This document shows positions 22,128-30,905 of a stretch of DNA of 64,000 nt, piece by piece. The stretch's first letter is position 1, and each line of letters opens with the position of its first letter. The translations under genes were made by a program, and so were the position numbers. The notes beneath the pieces are model-generated. The model worked only from the letters and a program-made list of their open reading frames with translations, was not told where the DNA came from and ran no database searches. This stretch comes from Dehalococcoidia bacterium (GTDB taxonomy: Bacteria > Chloroflexota > Dehalococcoidia > Bin125): assembly GCA_965217625.1 (NCBI GenBank), contig OZ244557.1:1799305-1863304 (forward strand). Reading direction: 5' to 3'.

Positions 22128-23447
22128 CTACGACGCCTGCAGGACGCCACGCTCCCGCAGCACCGACAGCAGATAGGCCTGCGGGCGATCGCCCTTGAGG
22201 CTGTTGCAGGCGCCGCACAGCAGTTGCAGGTTCGACAGGTGATCCGTCCCGCCTTGGCTGCTCGGCACGACGTGATCGACTGTGAAGTTGCGGAACGGGA
22301 AGAAGACCCGGCAGCCGGCACAGACGCCCTCCTGCTGCCCGTAGAGGTGGTGCTTGTGCGTGCGGTAGGCCGGCAGGTCGCCGATGTCGGTGCGCTGGGG
22401 GATGTCGTCGCGGCGGATGCAGCGCGCGAAGGTGCGCGCGCGGTCTCGGAGCCGGCGCTCCACCAGTTCGGCGGCCAGGGGAGAGAGGTCGATCCCGACC
22501 CACTGCCGCTCATGATGCTCGGCGGCCACACAGGCCGTCGCACAACCGGCGAACGGGTCGAGGATGACATCGCCGGGATTGCTGCTCGCGAGGACGATGC
22601 GCTCAAGGAGCCTGAGGGGCTTTTGCGTCGGGTACCCGACGCGTTCTTTGTTCTTGGGGCCGCCGAGAATCTTGATATCTTCCCACCAGTCGCTCAGGGG
22701 CGGGTTCCCACCCTGGAAGGCAACGGGCTTTAGATCAGGCGGGATTACACCGCTCGCGACGGCCGCGTGGTACTTGTCCCAGTCGAAAACGGTGACCATC
22801 CGCTTCGCGTTGTTGGCGTTGTAGCCACGTCGGCGGCCGGAGGCGAACGTGCGCAACGACCCCGCAGTTGGTGGGCCGGTGATCTTGTTGAACGTCGCGG
22901 CGTTGTCTCGGGCGTAGAACAAGATGATGTCGTGCTTCGCTTGGAACTTCTTCGCCCTCGACGGCAGCCCGCGGTAGCACCAGGCGATCTCGTTCCGGAA
23001 CTGGGCCACCCCGAACACGGCATCCAGCAGCAGCTTGAGATAGTGGCTCGCAGTCGGGTCGCAGTGCAAATACAGGCTCCCCGTGTCTTTGAGCAGCCGG
23101 TGCATCTCCAGCAGCCGGACGGCCATCATGATGAGGTAGGACTGCATCCCCGGCCCGTGGGTCTGGCCCGCGGCGGCGATGGCTGCGTAGACGGCCGGAG
23201 CCTGCTCCGCGATCTCTCCGTGCCACGCCAGGTCCACATCGTCGAGCGTCCACGTGTCCTTGAAGGCAACTCCCGCCGCCTCGGAACCGATGGGGGCGCT
23301 GTAGGTCTTGTTCGAGTTGAAGGGCGGATCCAGGTAGATCAGGTCGACGCTGGCGCTGTTCATGCCGCGCATGATGGGCAGGTTGTCGCCCGTCCAGATC
23401 GTCCGGTTGGCCCAGTTGGGATCCGCCATGCGGTCGCCCGGCGGCAC
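22128..23447 (-). CDS. N6-adenine/N4-cytosine DNA methyltransferase (beta-class motif order) fused to a C-terminal HNH endonuclease domain
   Basis: Methyltransferase part has DLIYLDPPFNS (motif IV), then YPTQKPLRLLERIV and VILDPFAGCATACVAA (motif I). The C-terminus reads CAGC...FTVDHVVPSSQGGTDHLSNLQLLCGACNSLKGDR, an HNH domain with CxxC pairs. Confidence 0.85.
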   Translation of the reverse strand: MPPGDRMADPNWANRTIWTGDNLPIMRGMNSASVDLIYLDPPFNSNKTYSAPIGSEAAGVAFKDTWTLDDVDLAWHGEIAEQAPAVYAAIAAAGQTHGPGMQSYLIMMAVRLLEMHRLLKDTGSLYLHCDPTASHYLKLLLDAVFGVAQFRNEIAWCYRGLPSRAKKFQAKHDIILFYARDNAATFNKITGPPTAGSLRTFASGRRRGYNANNAKRMVTVFDWDKYHAAVASGVIPPDLKPVAFQGGNPPLSDWWEDIKILGGPKNKERVGYPTQKPLRLLERIVLASSNPGDVILDPFAGCATACVAAEHHERQWVGIDLSPLAAELVERRLRDRARTFARCIRRDDIPQRTDIGDLPAYRTHKHHLYGQQEGVCAGCRVFFPFRNFTVDHVVPSSQGGTDHLSNLQLLCGACNSLKGDRPQAYLLSVLRERGVLQAS

Positions 23448-23839
23448 CGGTTGCTACGCGACTGGAATCGGCCGCGCGATCGCGCCGACCGCCAAGCTGC
23501 GGTGGCAGGTGTGATTCGCCGGCCGTCCCCGCACCGCTACGGCCCGCGTCTGCAGGCCCTGGTCCTCCACGAGGTGCCCCCTCTCGGCAACGGACGGATG
23601 GGGACTTGCCAGTCATCCAGCTGTCTCGCGTGAGCCTTGAGGGGGCAGGAGCCCGCCCCGCGGCCGAAGCCCACGCGGAAAACATGCTCAGACGACTGGC
23701 AAGTCGGAAGGAAAGCTATGGGCAGGGGGTAGTCGCGTCAAGCAGGGTCAGGTTGAGGCACTGCCCGGGAGGAGTTGGGAGTCCACGTCCGGGGGGTCCG
23801 TGCGGGCCGACGAAAGATCACGCCCCCGGCGATGACCGA

Positions 23840-24274
23840 TCAGTTGTTCTCCGAATGACGCTGGTGTTGCGTGCGCTGCCAGACCTGATGCTCGCGGGAG
23901 ATCAATTCCTCCGTGCGCAGCGTGAGTTCCTCCGCAAGATCGTCATCTCCAAGACCGCGGTAGGGCCCTGTCCGAGTGTCATAGAATGCTCGCTCTTTCT
24001 TCAGGGCCTCCGCGTTCCCGCGAAACTGAAGCCAGTTCTCTTGCCACTTGAACAAGGCGAGCAAAGAGAGGGCAACGGTGGCGAGCGCGCCCAGCCCCGC
24101 CAGTGCCCAGCGATCGAGGTCCACAGTGGCGGCGACCGGGATGCTCGCAGCAGCGATGATGGCTAGCACCGACGCGCAATGGAAGCAGCGCTTGTTCGCC
24201 GCCGCCCGGCGCTCGTAGTACTCGATCTCTGGCGCAAGGCGCTCGGCGACGTACTTCTCTGCGTCTAGTTGCAC
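23840..24274 (-). CDS. Two-TM DUF4231/SLATT-like putative membrane effector
   Basis: Reads EIEYYERRAAANKR, then two hydrophobic helices (ASVLAIIAAASIPVAATV and WALAGLGALATVALSLLALF), then WQENWLQFRGNAEALKKERAFY. The preferred GTG at 24272-24274 overlaps the end of the TIR gene. An alternative GTG lies at 24352. Confidence 0.7.
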   Translation of the reverse strand: MQLDAEKYVAERLAPEIEYYERRAAANKRCFHCASVLAIIAAASIPVAATVDLDRWALAGLGALATVALSLLALFKWQENWLQFRGNAEALKKERAFYDTRTGPYRGLGDDDLAEELTLRTEELISREHQVWQRTQHQRHSENN

Positions 24275-24786
24275 GGGCGATTGTTCTTGAAAAGGTCGCG
24301 CCTGTTGTCGGGAGTATGCGTCGAGCGCCGGTCGAACGCCTCCTGGATCCACTTCCGAACTGTGCTTTCGGACGAAGGGTAGGCGTAGTACCGGGCATAC
24401 GAGGAGGAGTCATCCTTCGTCCAGTTGTCCTGGAGTCGAACTGGCGCTGCGTTGCGGGTCCCCAGGCTCTTGAGATTGATGCCGAGCAGCCCGCTCCGGC
24501 CGTTCTCGGGATCGTTCCGGAGCGTCGAGGCGATCTCCCAGTCGACGTACTTCCGCGCCTGGGTGCATTCGCCGATGAGGACGATGGTCACCGTAGAGTC
24601 CGTAAGATACTCCTCGCGGATCCTCCGCATGACGTAGTTGCGGTTCTCGGAGTTGATGAAATCGTCGGTGTCTGATACTCCCACCGTCTTCGCGATGAAG
24701 ACATCCTCGAAATCATCGAGGAAGCGCTGGACGGCCACCCGATTCTTGGCGTGGTAGGAAACGAAGCACTTGTGCCGCACAGCCAT
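24265..24786 (-). CDS. ThsB-type TIR-like (DUF1863-like) protein
   Basis: Contains KCFVSYHAKN near the N-terminus and STVTIVLIGECTQARKYVDWEIAS. This parallels the FFSFHY... and SVTCVLIGSQTFNRRWVRYEI blocks of Bacillus ThsB as I recall them. GAGGAAG lies 7 nt upstream of the ATG. Confidence 0.75.
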   Translation of the reverse strand: MAVRHKCFVSYHAKNRVAVQRFLDDFEDVFIAKTVGVSDTDDFINSENRNYVMRRIREEYLTDSTVTIVLIGECTQARKYVDWEIASTLRNDPENGRSGLLGINLKSLGTRNAAPVRLQDNWTKDDSSSYARYYAYPSSESTVRKWIQEAFDRRSTHTPDNRRDLFKNNRPCN

Positions 24787-24875
24787 GGAGCAGTCTTCCT
24801 CACCCGTTAGTCACCCGGTGCCATCTCAGACGCACCATCACAGCCTACTCCATGCTCAGCAGTCGAGCCCGGCCT

Positions 24876-25856
24876 TCACACCCCCGCATACGAGTGCAGA
24901 CCGCTGACCCACAGGTTGACGCCCAGGTACGTGAACAGGACGGCGGCGAAGCCCACGACGACGATCCAGGGGCCGGGGGGCGGCCACAGGCGGCGTCGGC
25001 GGGGGCGGGGAGCGGTGGCTTTGACGGTCCGGGCGCCGGGGCCGGCGGCGGCGGGCTGCAGGCCGCGGGCGTGCAGGTAGACGGCGAAGATGAGCCAGGT
25101 GACGAGGGCGGCGGTCTCCTTGGGATCCCAGCCCCAATAGCGGCCCCAGGCGTCGTTGGCCCAGAGGGCGCCCAGGGCGACGCCGGCGCCCAGCAAGGGG
25201 AAGCCCACGAGGACTGCGCGGTGGGTGAGCTCCTCGGCGCGGCGGGGCGAGGGCAGCCAGGCGATGCGCTGACGGTCGTTGCCCTGGACGATGTGCATGA
25301 CGGCGGCGCCGAAGGCCACGGCCAGGACGGCGTAGGCGAGGATCATGACGGAGACGTGGATGGTGAGCAGGGTGGGGTTCTGCAGCGCCGGGACGAGCGT
25401 CGGCTGGCCGGCGCTGGGGAAGACGAGGGCGCTGGCGTAGAGGCCGAAGGAGACGGGCATCACGAACGCGCCCAGCAGCCGCGTGCGGTAGGCGCGCTCG
25501 AAGAGGAGGTAGACCAGCGCGATGGCGAAGCCGAAGGCCATCGAGAACTCGAACAGGTTGCTGAACGGCGGGTGGTCGAGGGCGATGGTGCGGAAGACGA
25601 GGCCCAGGCCGCCGAAGACGACCGACGTCCAGGCGGCGAAGGTCGCGAGGCCGCCGAGGGTGCGCGGGCGGGCGGCGCGTCCGGGCGGCGGGGCGGTCGC
25701 GACGCCCGAGGGCGCGCCCTCGGGGAGGGGGGCCGCAGCCGGGGCGCGGGCGAGCAGGCGGATCCGCGGCGCGGCGGCGAAGCCGATGTACAGCGGGGCG
25801 GCGATGCCCGCCGCGACGAGTCCGGCCCACAAGCAGTAGAGGGCGAGGTCTTCCAC
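24876..25856 (-). CDS. ccsA: Cytochrome c biogenesis protein CcsA/ResC family
   Basis: Polytopic membrane protein containing the WGRYWGWDPKETAAL heme-handling motif. Confidence 0.88.
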   Translation of the reverse strand: MEDLALYCLWAGLVAAGIAAPLYIGFAAAPRIRLLARAPAAAPLPEGAPSGVATAPPPGRAARPRTLGGLATFAAWTSVVFGGLGLVFRTIALDHPPFSNLFEFSMAFGFAIALVYLLFERAYRTRLLGAFVMPVSFGLYASALVFPSAGQPTLVPALQNPTLLTIHVSVMILAYAVLAVAFGAAVMHIVQGNDRQRIAWLPSPRRAEELTHRAVLVGFPLLGAGVALGALWANDAWGRYWGWDPKETAALVTWLIFAVYLHARGLQPAAAGPGARTVKATAPRPRRRRLWPPPGPWIVVVGFAAVLFTYLGVNLWVSGLHSYAGV

Positions 25857-25857
25857 G

Positions 25858-26667
25858 CTAGCTCTCCGGGTCGTCCTGTGAGGCGGCGGCGCGTTTGCCG
25901 ACGGCGCGCAGGGCGGCGGCGCGCGACGGGGGGGCGGTCCCGCCGAAGGTCAGGCGGCGGAAGCCCTCGGCCCAGGGGATGCGCCCCTGCGCGGCCGCCT
26001 CCGACTGTCGCTTGCGCATGCGCCCGCCGAGTTCGTCGCGGGTGGACCCCACCTGGCTGGCGTGGCAGAGCAGGGCGTCGATCTTGCGGTCGAACTGGCG
26101 GCCGACGTCGACGAAGTAGTCGGGCTCGCGGCTGCCGGCCAGGAGGACGGTGTTGACGCGGTGCCAGCGCAGGCCGGCGTCGGCGTGGCCGGGGAAGTAG
26201 TGCGGCGTGCGGGCGAGCGGGAAGGCGGCGTCGAGGGCGACGAGGCCGACGGTGCGGTGGTCGCGATGGTTGAAGCCGCGGTAGCCGTCCCAGGTGACGA
26301 GCATCTCGGGCTGCTGCTCGCGGATGACGCGGACGAGGCGCTCGCGCAGTTCGGCCGAGTCCTCGACGAAGCCGTCGGGCCAGCGTAGGAAGACGCACTC
26401 GGCGACGCCGAGGCGGGCGGCGGCGGCCTGCTGCTCGGCCTCGCGCATGCGGCCCAGCTCCCAGGCCCGGATGGTGTCGTCCTTGCTGCCCTTGTCGCCG
26501 CTGGTGACGAGGCAGAAGGTCACGCGCCAGCCGTCGTCGGCGAAGTTGGCGGCGGTGCCGCCGCAGGTGAACTCGATGTCGTCGGGGTGCGCCATGATGA
26601 CGAGCGCGCGGCGGGGACCGTCGGCGGCGGGGGAAGCAGAGGCGGCGGCAGGCGTGGCGGCGGTCAT
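25858..26667 (-). CDS. PIG-L/LmbE family deacetylase
   Basis: Contains ALVIMAHPDDIEFTCGGT and HRDH motifs. Confidence 0.85.
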   Translation of the reverse strand: MTAATPAAASASPAADGPRRALVIMAHPDDIEFTCGGTAANFADDGWRVTFCLVTSGDKGSKDDTIRAWELGRMREAEQQAAAARLGVAECVFLRWPDGFVEDSAELRERLVRVIREQQPEMLVTWDGYRGFNHRDHRTVGLVALDAAFPLARTPHYFPGHADAGLRWHRVNTVLLAGSREPDYFVDVGRQFDRKIDALLCHASQVGSTRDELGGRMRKRQSEAAAQGRIPWAEGFRRLTFGGTAPPSRAAALRAVGKRAAASQDDPES

Positions 26668-26709
26668 CGCTGGCAGTCTATCGCCGTCATGGGCGGGGCG
26701 GGGGCGGAA

Positions 26710-27987
26710 TCAGGAGGCGTGGCACGAGGCGGCGCCGGTCGCGTGGCGCTCGAGCAGGTCCTCGTAGACATCGACGATCTGGCCGGCGACGACGTCCCAG
26801 TCGAACTGGCGCACCGAGGCGGGGGCGGCGGCGGCGAAGCGGGCGCGCAGGTCGTCGTTGGCGAGCAGCGCTTCCAGCCGCTCGGCGAAGGGCTCCGGGC
26901 AGCGCCACGAGATCAGGTGGCCGGTCTGGCCGTCGCGGACGGTGTACTGCAGGCCGCCGACGCGGGTCGCGATGACGGGCGTGCCGCAGGCCAGCGCCTC
27001 GACCGCGACGAGGCCGAAGCTCTCGTAGTACGACGGCACGACGCAGACGTCGGCGGCGCGGTAGTACTGCGCCAGCGTGTCGCGATCGACGGCGTCGAGG
27101 AAGTGGATGCGCTCGCCGATGCCCTGCGCCTCGGCGAGCGCGCGCAGCCGCGCCCGTTCGGGGGCATCGACCGCGTCGCCGCCGACGATGACGAGGTGCA
27201 GGGGCGGCTCGACGTCGGCCAGGGCGGCCGCGCGGACGAGGATGTCGACCCCTTTGAGCCGCTCCAGCCGGCCGACGAAGAGGGCCGTGGGCTCGGCGGG
27301 GAGGCCCAGCGCGCGGCGGGCGGCGGCGCGGTCGTGGGGAGGATCGGCGGGGCGGAAGCGCTCGAGGTCGACGCCGCCCGGCACGACGCTGACGCAGTCG
27401 GGGTGGGCGCCGTAGATCTGCACCAGGAAGATCTGCTCGTGCGGGGTCGCGCAGATCACGCGATCCGCGCGTGCGACGATGCCGCGCTCGGCGTCGATGC
27501 GCAGGGCGGGCTCGCGCTCGGCGCGGCGGGCGCGGTTCTTGACCTCGCCCAGGGTGTGGAACATCGCGACGTGGGGACGGCGCCAGTCGTCGGCCAGGGC
27601 CATGCCGGTGATCGCGGAGATCCAGTAGTGGGAGTGGATGAGGTCGTAGGGCGCGCCGTGGCCGGCGGGCTCGGCGTCCTGCTCGACGAAGGCCTGCACG
27701 CCGGCGCGGAACTCGGCTTCCACGGCGTACACGTCGAGCGGGGGGAGGGACGCGGGCGGGCCGGCGCTGATGTTGACGACGCGCACGTTGCGATCGAGGG
27801 GCACGACGGCGGGCAGGGCGGGGTCGTCGCGGCGGGTGAAGATGTCGACGCGGCGGCCGGAGCGGCCCAGCCGCCGGGTGAGGGCGTCGATGTAGACGTT
27901 CATGCCGCCGGCCTTGGTCGTGCCGGGCATGGCCAGCGGCGAGGAATGCGTGCTGAGGAAGGCGAGGCGCTGCAGGTGGTGCGACAT
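26710..27987 (-). CDS. GT4 glycosyltransferase, MshA-like
   Basis: N-terminus has TKAGGMNVYIDAL, as in MshA-type enzymes. The GT1/GT4 C-terminal fold shows VVPSYYESFGLVAVEALACGTPV. Confidence 0.85.
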   Translation of the reverse strand: MSHHLQRLAFLSTHSSPLAMPGTTKAGGMNVYIDALTRRLGRSGRRVDIFTRRDDPALPAVVPLDRNVRVVNISAGPPASLPPLDVYAVEAEFRAGVQAFVEQDAEPAGHGAPYDLIHSHYWISAITGMALADDWRRPHVAMFHTLGEVKNRARRAEREPALRIDAERGIVARADRVICATPHEQIFLVQIYGAHPDCVSVVPGGVDLERFRPADPPHDRAAARRALGLPAEPTALFVGRLERLKGVDILVRAAALADVEPPLHLVIVGGDAVDAPERARLRALAEAQGIGERIHFLDAVDRDTLAQYYRAADVCVVPSYYESFGLVAVEALACGTPVIATRVGGLQYTVRDGQTGHLISWRCPEPFAERLEALLANDDLRARFAAAAPASVRQFDWDVVAGQIVDVYEDLLERHATGAASCHAS

Positions 27988-29000
27988 CAGGCGGTCCCCC
28001 CGTCGGCGGGGGCGCGCTGCAGGACGAGGCGGGTGACCGGCGTGGGCTTCGCGCCAAGCTGGAACTTGTAGGGCTCCTCGCCGCGCAGGAAGTTGACCCG
28101 CGCCAGCCCGCGCTCGATGGCGTCCCGCACGACGAAGACCTTGGAGGCGAGGCCCACGGAGAGCTCGCGGAAGTCGGGGTCGTAGCCGCTGTTGTACATC
28201 TGCAGTTCACCGTCGGCGAGGAAGCAGAGCACCGCCGCGACGCGCTTGCCGTCGACGTGGAAGAAGTAGAGCCGCAGCAGCCCGGCCGGGGCCATGGCCG
28301 CCGTCAGGCGGTGGAAGAAGTCGGCCATGCGCGGGGTCAGGAAGCCGGCCTTGTCGGCGCGGGAGCCGGCCATCAGGGCCAGGAACTCGGGCAGGGCCGC
28401 GATCAGCGCCTGCGGCTCGTCGATCGCCTCCAGCGCGACCGTCGCGCCGCCGTCGAGCAGGTTGCGCATCTTGCGCCGCACCTCGCGCCGGTGGCGCGTC
28501 TTGATGCCGGCCAAGTAGCCGTCCCAGTCGGGCGCGAGTTGGAGCACGGGGCAGACGGCCTCGGGCTCGGAGCGCACGTCCCAGCCGCGAGCGGCGGCGG
28601 CGGCCGGCAGCAGCGTCAGCGTGCCGGAGCCGTGGGGCAGGCCGGGCAGCGACAGCAACGTCGCGCCGCTGGCGTCGAGGTGGTCGAGCAGCGCGCCGGC
28701 GACGTCGGCCTCGCGGCCGGCGCTCGCCACGATGTCCATGTAGTCGCAGACGTCCGGGTCGCCGATGAGGCCCAGGCCGCCATCGTGGCGCATGAGCGGC
28801 AGCACCCCGATCAGCTCGCCGCCGTCGCGGACGGCGTGCAGGTCGATGCGGCAGTCGGGGCCGGTGGCGAAGGCGTCCCACCAGGCCGACTGGAACTGGG
28901 GCGTCGCGAACGCGCCGGCGGGCGGGCGGGCGCGGGCCAGCAGGGCCGACCACTCCGGGGCGACGCTGGCCCAGACGGCGGGGAGGGTGGTGAGGCTCAT
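27987..29000 (-). CDS. GNAT-fold acyltransferase, CelD/BioF2-like
   Basis: Contains LYFFHVDGKRVAAVLCF...MYNSGYDPDFRELSVG...FLRGEEPYKFQLGA. Its stop overlaps the GT4 start as ATGA. Confidence 0.75.
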   Translation of the reverse strand: MSLTTLPAVWASVAPEWSALLARARPPAGAFATPQFQSAWWDAFATGPDCRIDLHAVRDGGELIGVLPLMRHDGGLGLIGDPDVCDYMDIVASAGREADVAGALLDHLDASGATLLSLPGLPHGSGTLTLLPAAAAARGWDVRSEPEAVCPVLQLAPDWDGYLAGIKTRHRREVRRKMRNLLDGGATVALEAIDEPQALIAALPEFLALMAGSRADKAGFLTPRMADFFHRLTAAMAPAGLLRLYFFHVDGKRVAAVLCFLADGELQMYNSGYDPDFRELSVGLASKVFVVRDAIERGLARVNFLRGEEPYKFQLGAKPTPVTRLVLQRAPADGGTA

Positions 29001-29010
29001 GGGCGGGGTT

Positions 29011-29610
29011 TCACCGGCCCAGGGGGCCGATCAGGGAGAGGAACTCGGTGCGGGTCTCGGGCTGCGACTGGAAGGTGCCGCGCATGGCGGAGGTGACCAT
29101 GCGGCTGCCGGGTTTCTTGATGCCGCGCATCGTCATGCAGAGGTGCTCCGCCTGCACCGCGACGGCGACGCCGTCCGGCTCCAGCACGTCGATCAGGGTG
29201 TCGGCGATCTGCGAGGTGAGGCGCTCCTGCAGCTGCGGCCGGCGGGCGACCGCGTCGACCAGCCGCGCGATCTTGCTGATCCCGACGACGCGGCCGCGCG
29301 GCACGTAGGCGACGTGGGCGCTGCCGTGGAAGGGCAGCAGGTGATGCTCGCACATGGAGAAGAAGGGGATGTCGCGCAGGATGACCATCTCATCGTGGCC
29401 CTCCTCAAAGCCGACCCGCAGCAGCGCGGCCGGGTCGGCGTGCATGCCCGCGAAGACCTCGGCGTAGCCCTCGGCGATGCGGCGGGGGGTGTCGCGCAGG
29501 CCCTCGCGATCGGGGTCTTCGCCGATCGCGTGCAGCAATTCACGCACGGCGGCCTCGATGCGCTCGCGGTCGAAGGCGGGGCCGGTGGTCGTGTCGAGTT
29601 GGAGGGTCAT
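29011..29610 (-). CDS. folE: GTP cyclohydrolase I
   Basis: Contains [22 protein letters not shown] and [22 protein letters not shown]. Confidence 0.93.
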   Translation of the reverse strand: MTLQLDTTTGPAFDRERIEAAVRELLHAIGEDPDREGLRDTPRRIAEGYAEVFAGMHADPAALLRVGFEEGHDEMVILRDIPFFSMCEHHLLPFHGSAHVAYVPRGRVVGISKIARLVDAVARRPQLQERLTSQIADTLIDVLEPDGVAVAVQAEHLCMTMRGIKKPGSRMVTSAMRGTFQSQPETRTEFLSLIGPLGR

Positions 29611-29798
29611 GTCATCCCCGCTGCCGCGGATGCGCTCGTCGCGGCGGAGCCCGCCGGCCGCGGACCGGCCGGCACGAGTGGACGCCGCGCCCAGCCTACC
29701 GGACGCGCGGCCTCCGGCCTGTCGCGCCGGGGCGCGCCGGTAAATCGCTCCGTGACGTGCGAGGCAGTCGCGCCGCGGCGCCAGCGTGCGGGCCGGCG

Positions 29799-30905
29799 TC
29801 AGGCGAGCGCGGCCTCGACGGCGTTGATGTCCACCGGCACGTCGCGGACGTCGGCTTCGATCGAGAGCGCCGTCTCGGGGTCCTTGAGGCCGGAGCCGGT
29901 GATGATGCAGACGATGCGCGCGCCGGCGCAGTCGATACCGCGCGCCGGCAGGGCGAGCAGCCCGGCCACGGACGCCGCCGAGGCCGGCTCGCAGAAGACG
30001 CCTTCCTCGCGGGCGAGGTGGCGGTAGGCGTCGAGGATTTGGGCGTCGCTGACGGCCTGGATGTCGCCGCCGGAGGCGTCGCGGGCGTTGATCGCGCCCC
30101 GCCAGGAGGCGGGGTTGCCGATGCGGATCGCGGTCGCGACCGTCTCGGGGTGCTCGACGATCGCGCCCGACACGATGGGGGCGGCGCCGGCGGCCTGGAA
30201 GCCGAACATGCGCGGCGGCCGGGTGAGCCGCTCCTCGGCCTGATAGTCGCGGTAGCCCATCCAGTAGGCGGTGATGTTGCCGGCGTTGCCGACCGGCATG
30301 CAGTGCAGGTCGGGGGCGTCGCCGAGGTCGTCGACGATCTCGAAGGCGCCGGTCTTCTGGCCCTGGATGCGATGAGGGTTGACCGAGTTGACGAGGGCGA
30401 TGGGGTGGCGGGCCGTGATCTCCTGGGCCAGGCCGAGCGCGTCGTCGAAGGAGCCCTGCACGGCCAGGATGCGCGCGCCGTGCGCGATCGCCTGGGCCAG
30501 CTTGCCCTGCGCGATGGAGCCGCGCGGGACCAGCACGTAGACCGTCAGCCCCATGCGCGCGGCGTAGGCGGCGGCCGAGGCGCTGGTGTTGCCCGTCGAG
30601 GCGCAGAGCACGGCCTCGTGGCCGTCCTCGATCGCCTTGGCGACTGCCAGCACCATGCCGCGGTCCTTGAAGGAGCCCGTGGGGTTGCAGGACTCGAGCT
30701 TGAGATGCACCGACGCGGCGCCGGTGGCCCGCTCGAGCGAGGGGGCGCGCACGAGCGGGGTCGCGCCCTCGCCCAGGGTGATGCGCGGCGTTGCGTCGGT
30801 CAGGGGCAGGTAGGCGGCGTAGCGGGCGATGATGCCGGCGGATGCGCCGGTGGCGGCGGGCGCGGCCGGCTCCGTCGCGAGGCGGGCGCCGGGCAGGTCA
30901 GGCAT
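29799..30905 (-). CDS. thrC: Threonine synthase
   Basis: Contains [20 protein letters not shown] (PLP lysine) and [14 protein letters not shown]. Confidence 0.9.
   Translation of the reverse strand: MPDLPGARLATEPAAPAATGASAGIIARYAAYLPLTDATPRITLGEGATPLVRAPSLERATGAASVHLKLESCNPTGSFKDRGMVLAVAKAIEDGHEAVLCASTGNTSASAAAYAARMGLTVYVLVPRGSIAQGKLAQAIAHGARILAVQGSFDDALGLAQEITARHPIALVNSVNPHRIQGQKTGAFEIVDDLGDAPDLHCMPVGNAGNITAYWMGYRDYQAEERLTRPPRMFGFQAAGAAPIVSGAIVEHPETVATAIRIGNPASWRGAINARDASGGDIQAVSDAQILDAYRHLAREEGVFCEPASAASVAGLLALPARGIDCAGARIVCIITGSGLKDPETALSIEADVRDVPVDINAVEAALA

Noticed and set aside
29611-29798. Possible THF/folE-motif riboswitch upstream of folE
   Set aside because: The 188-nt leader is GC-rich and can form hairpins. 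I cannot match it to a consensus from memory. An Rfam scan (THF, THF-II/folE motif, preQ1) is needed before any call.
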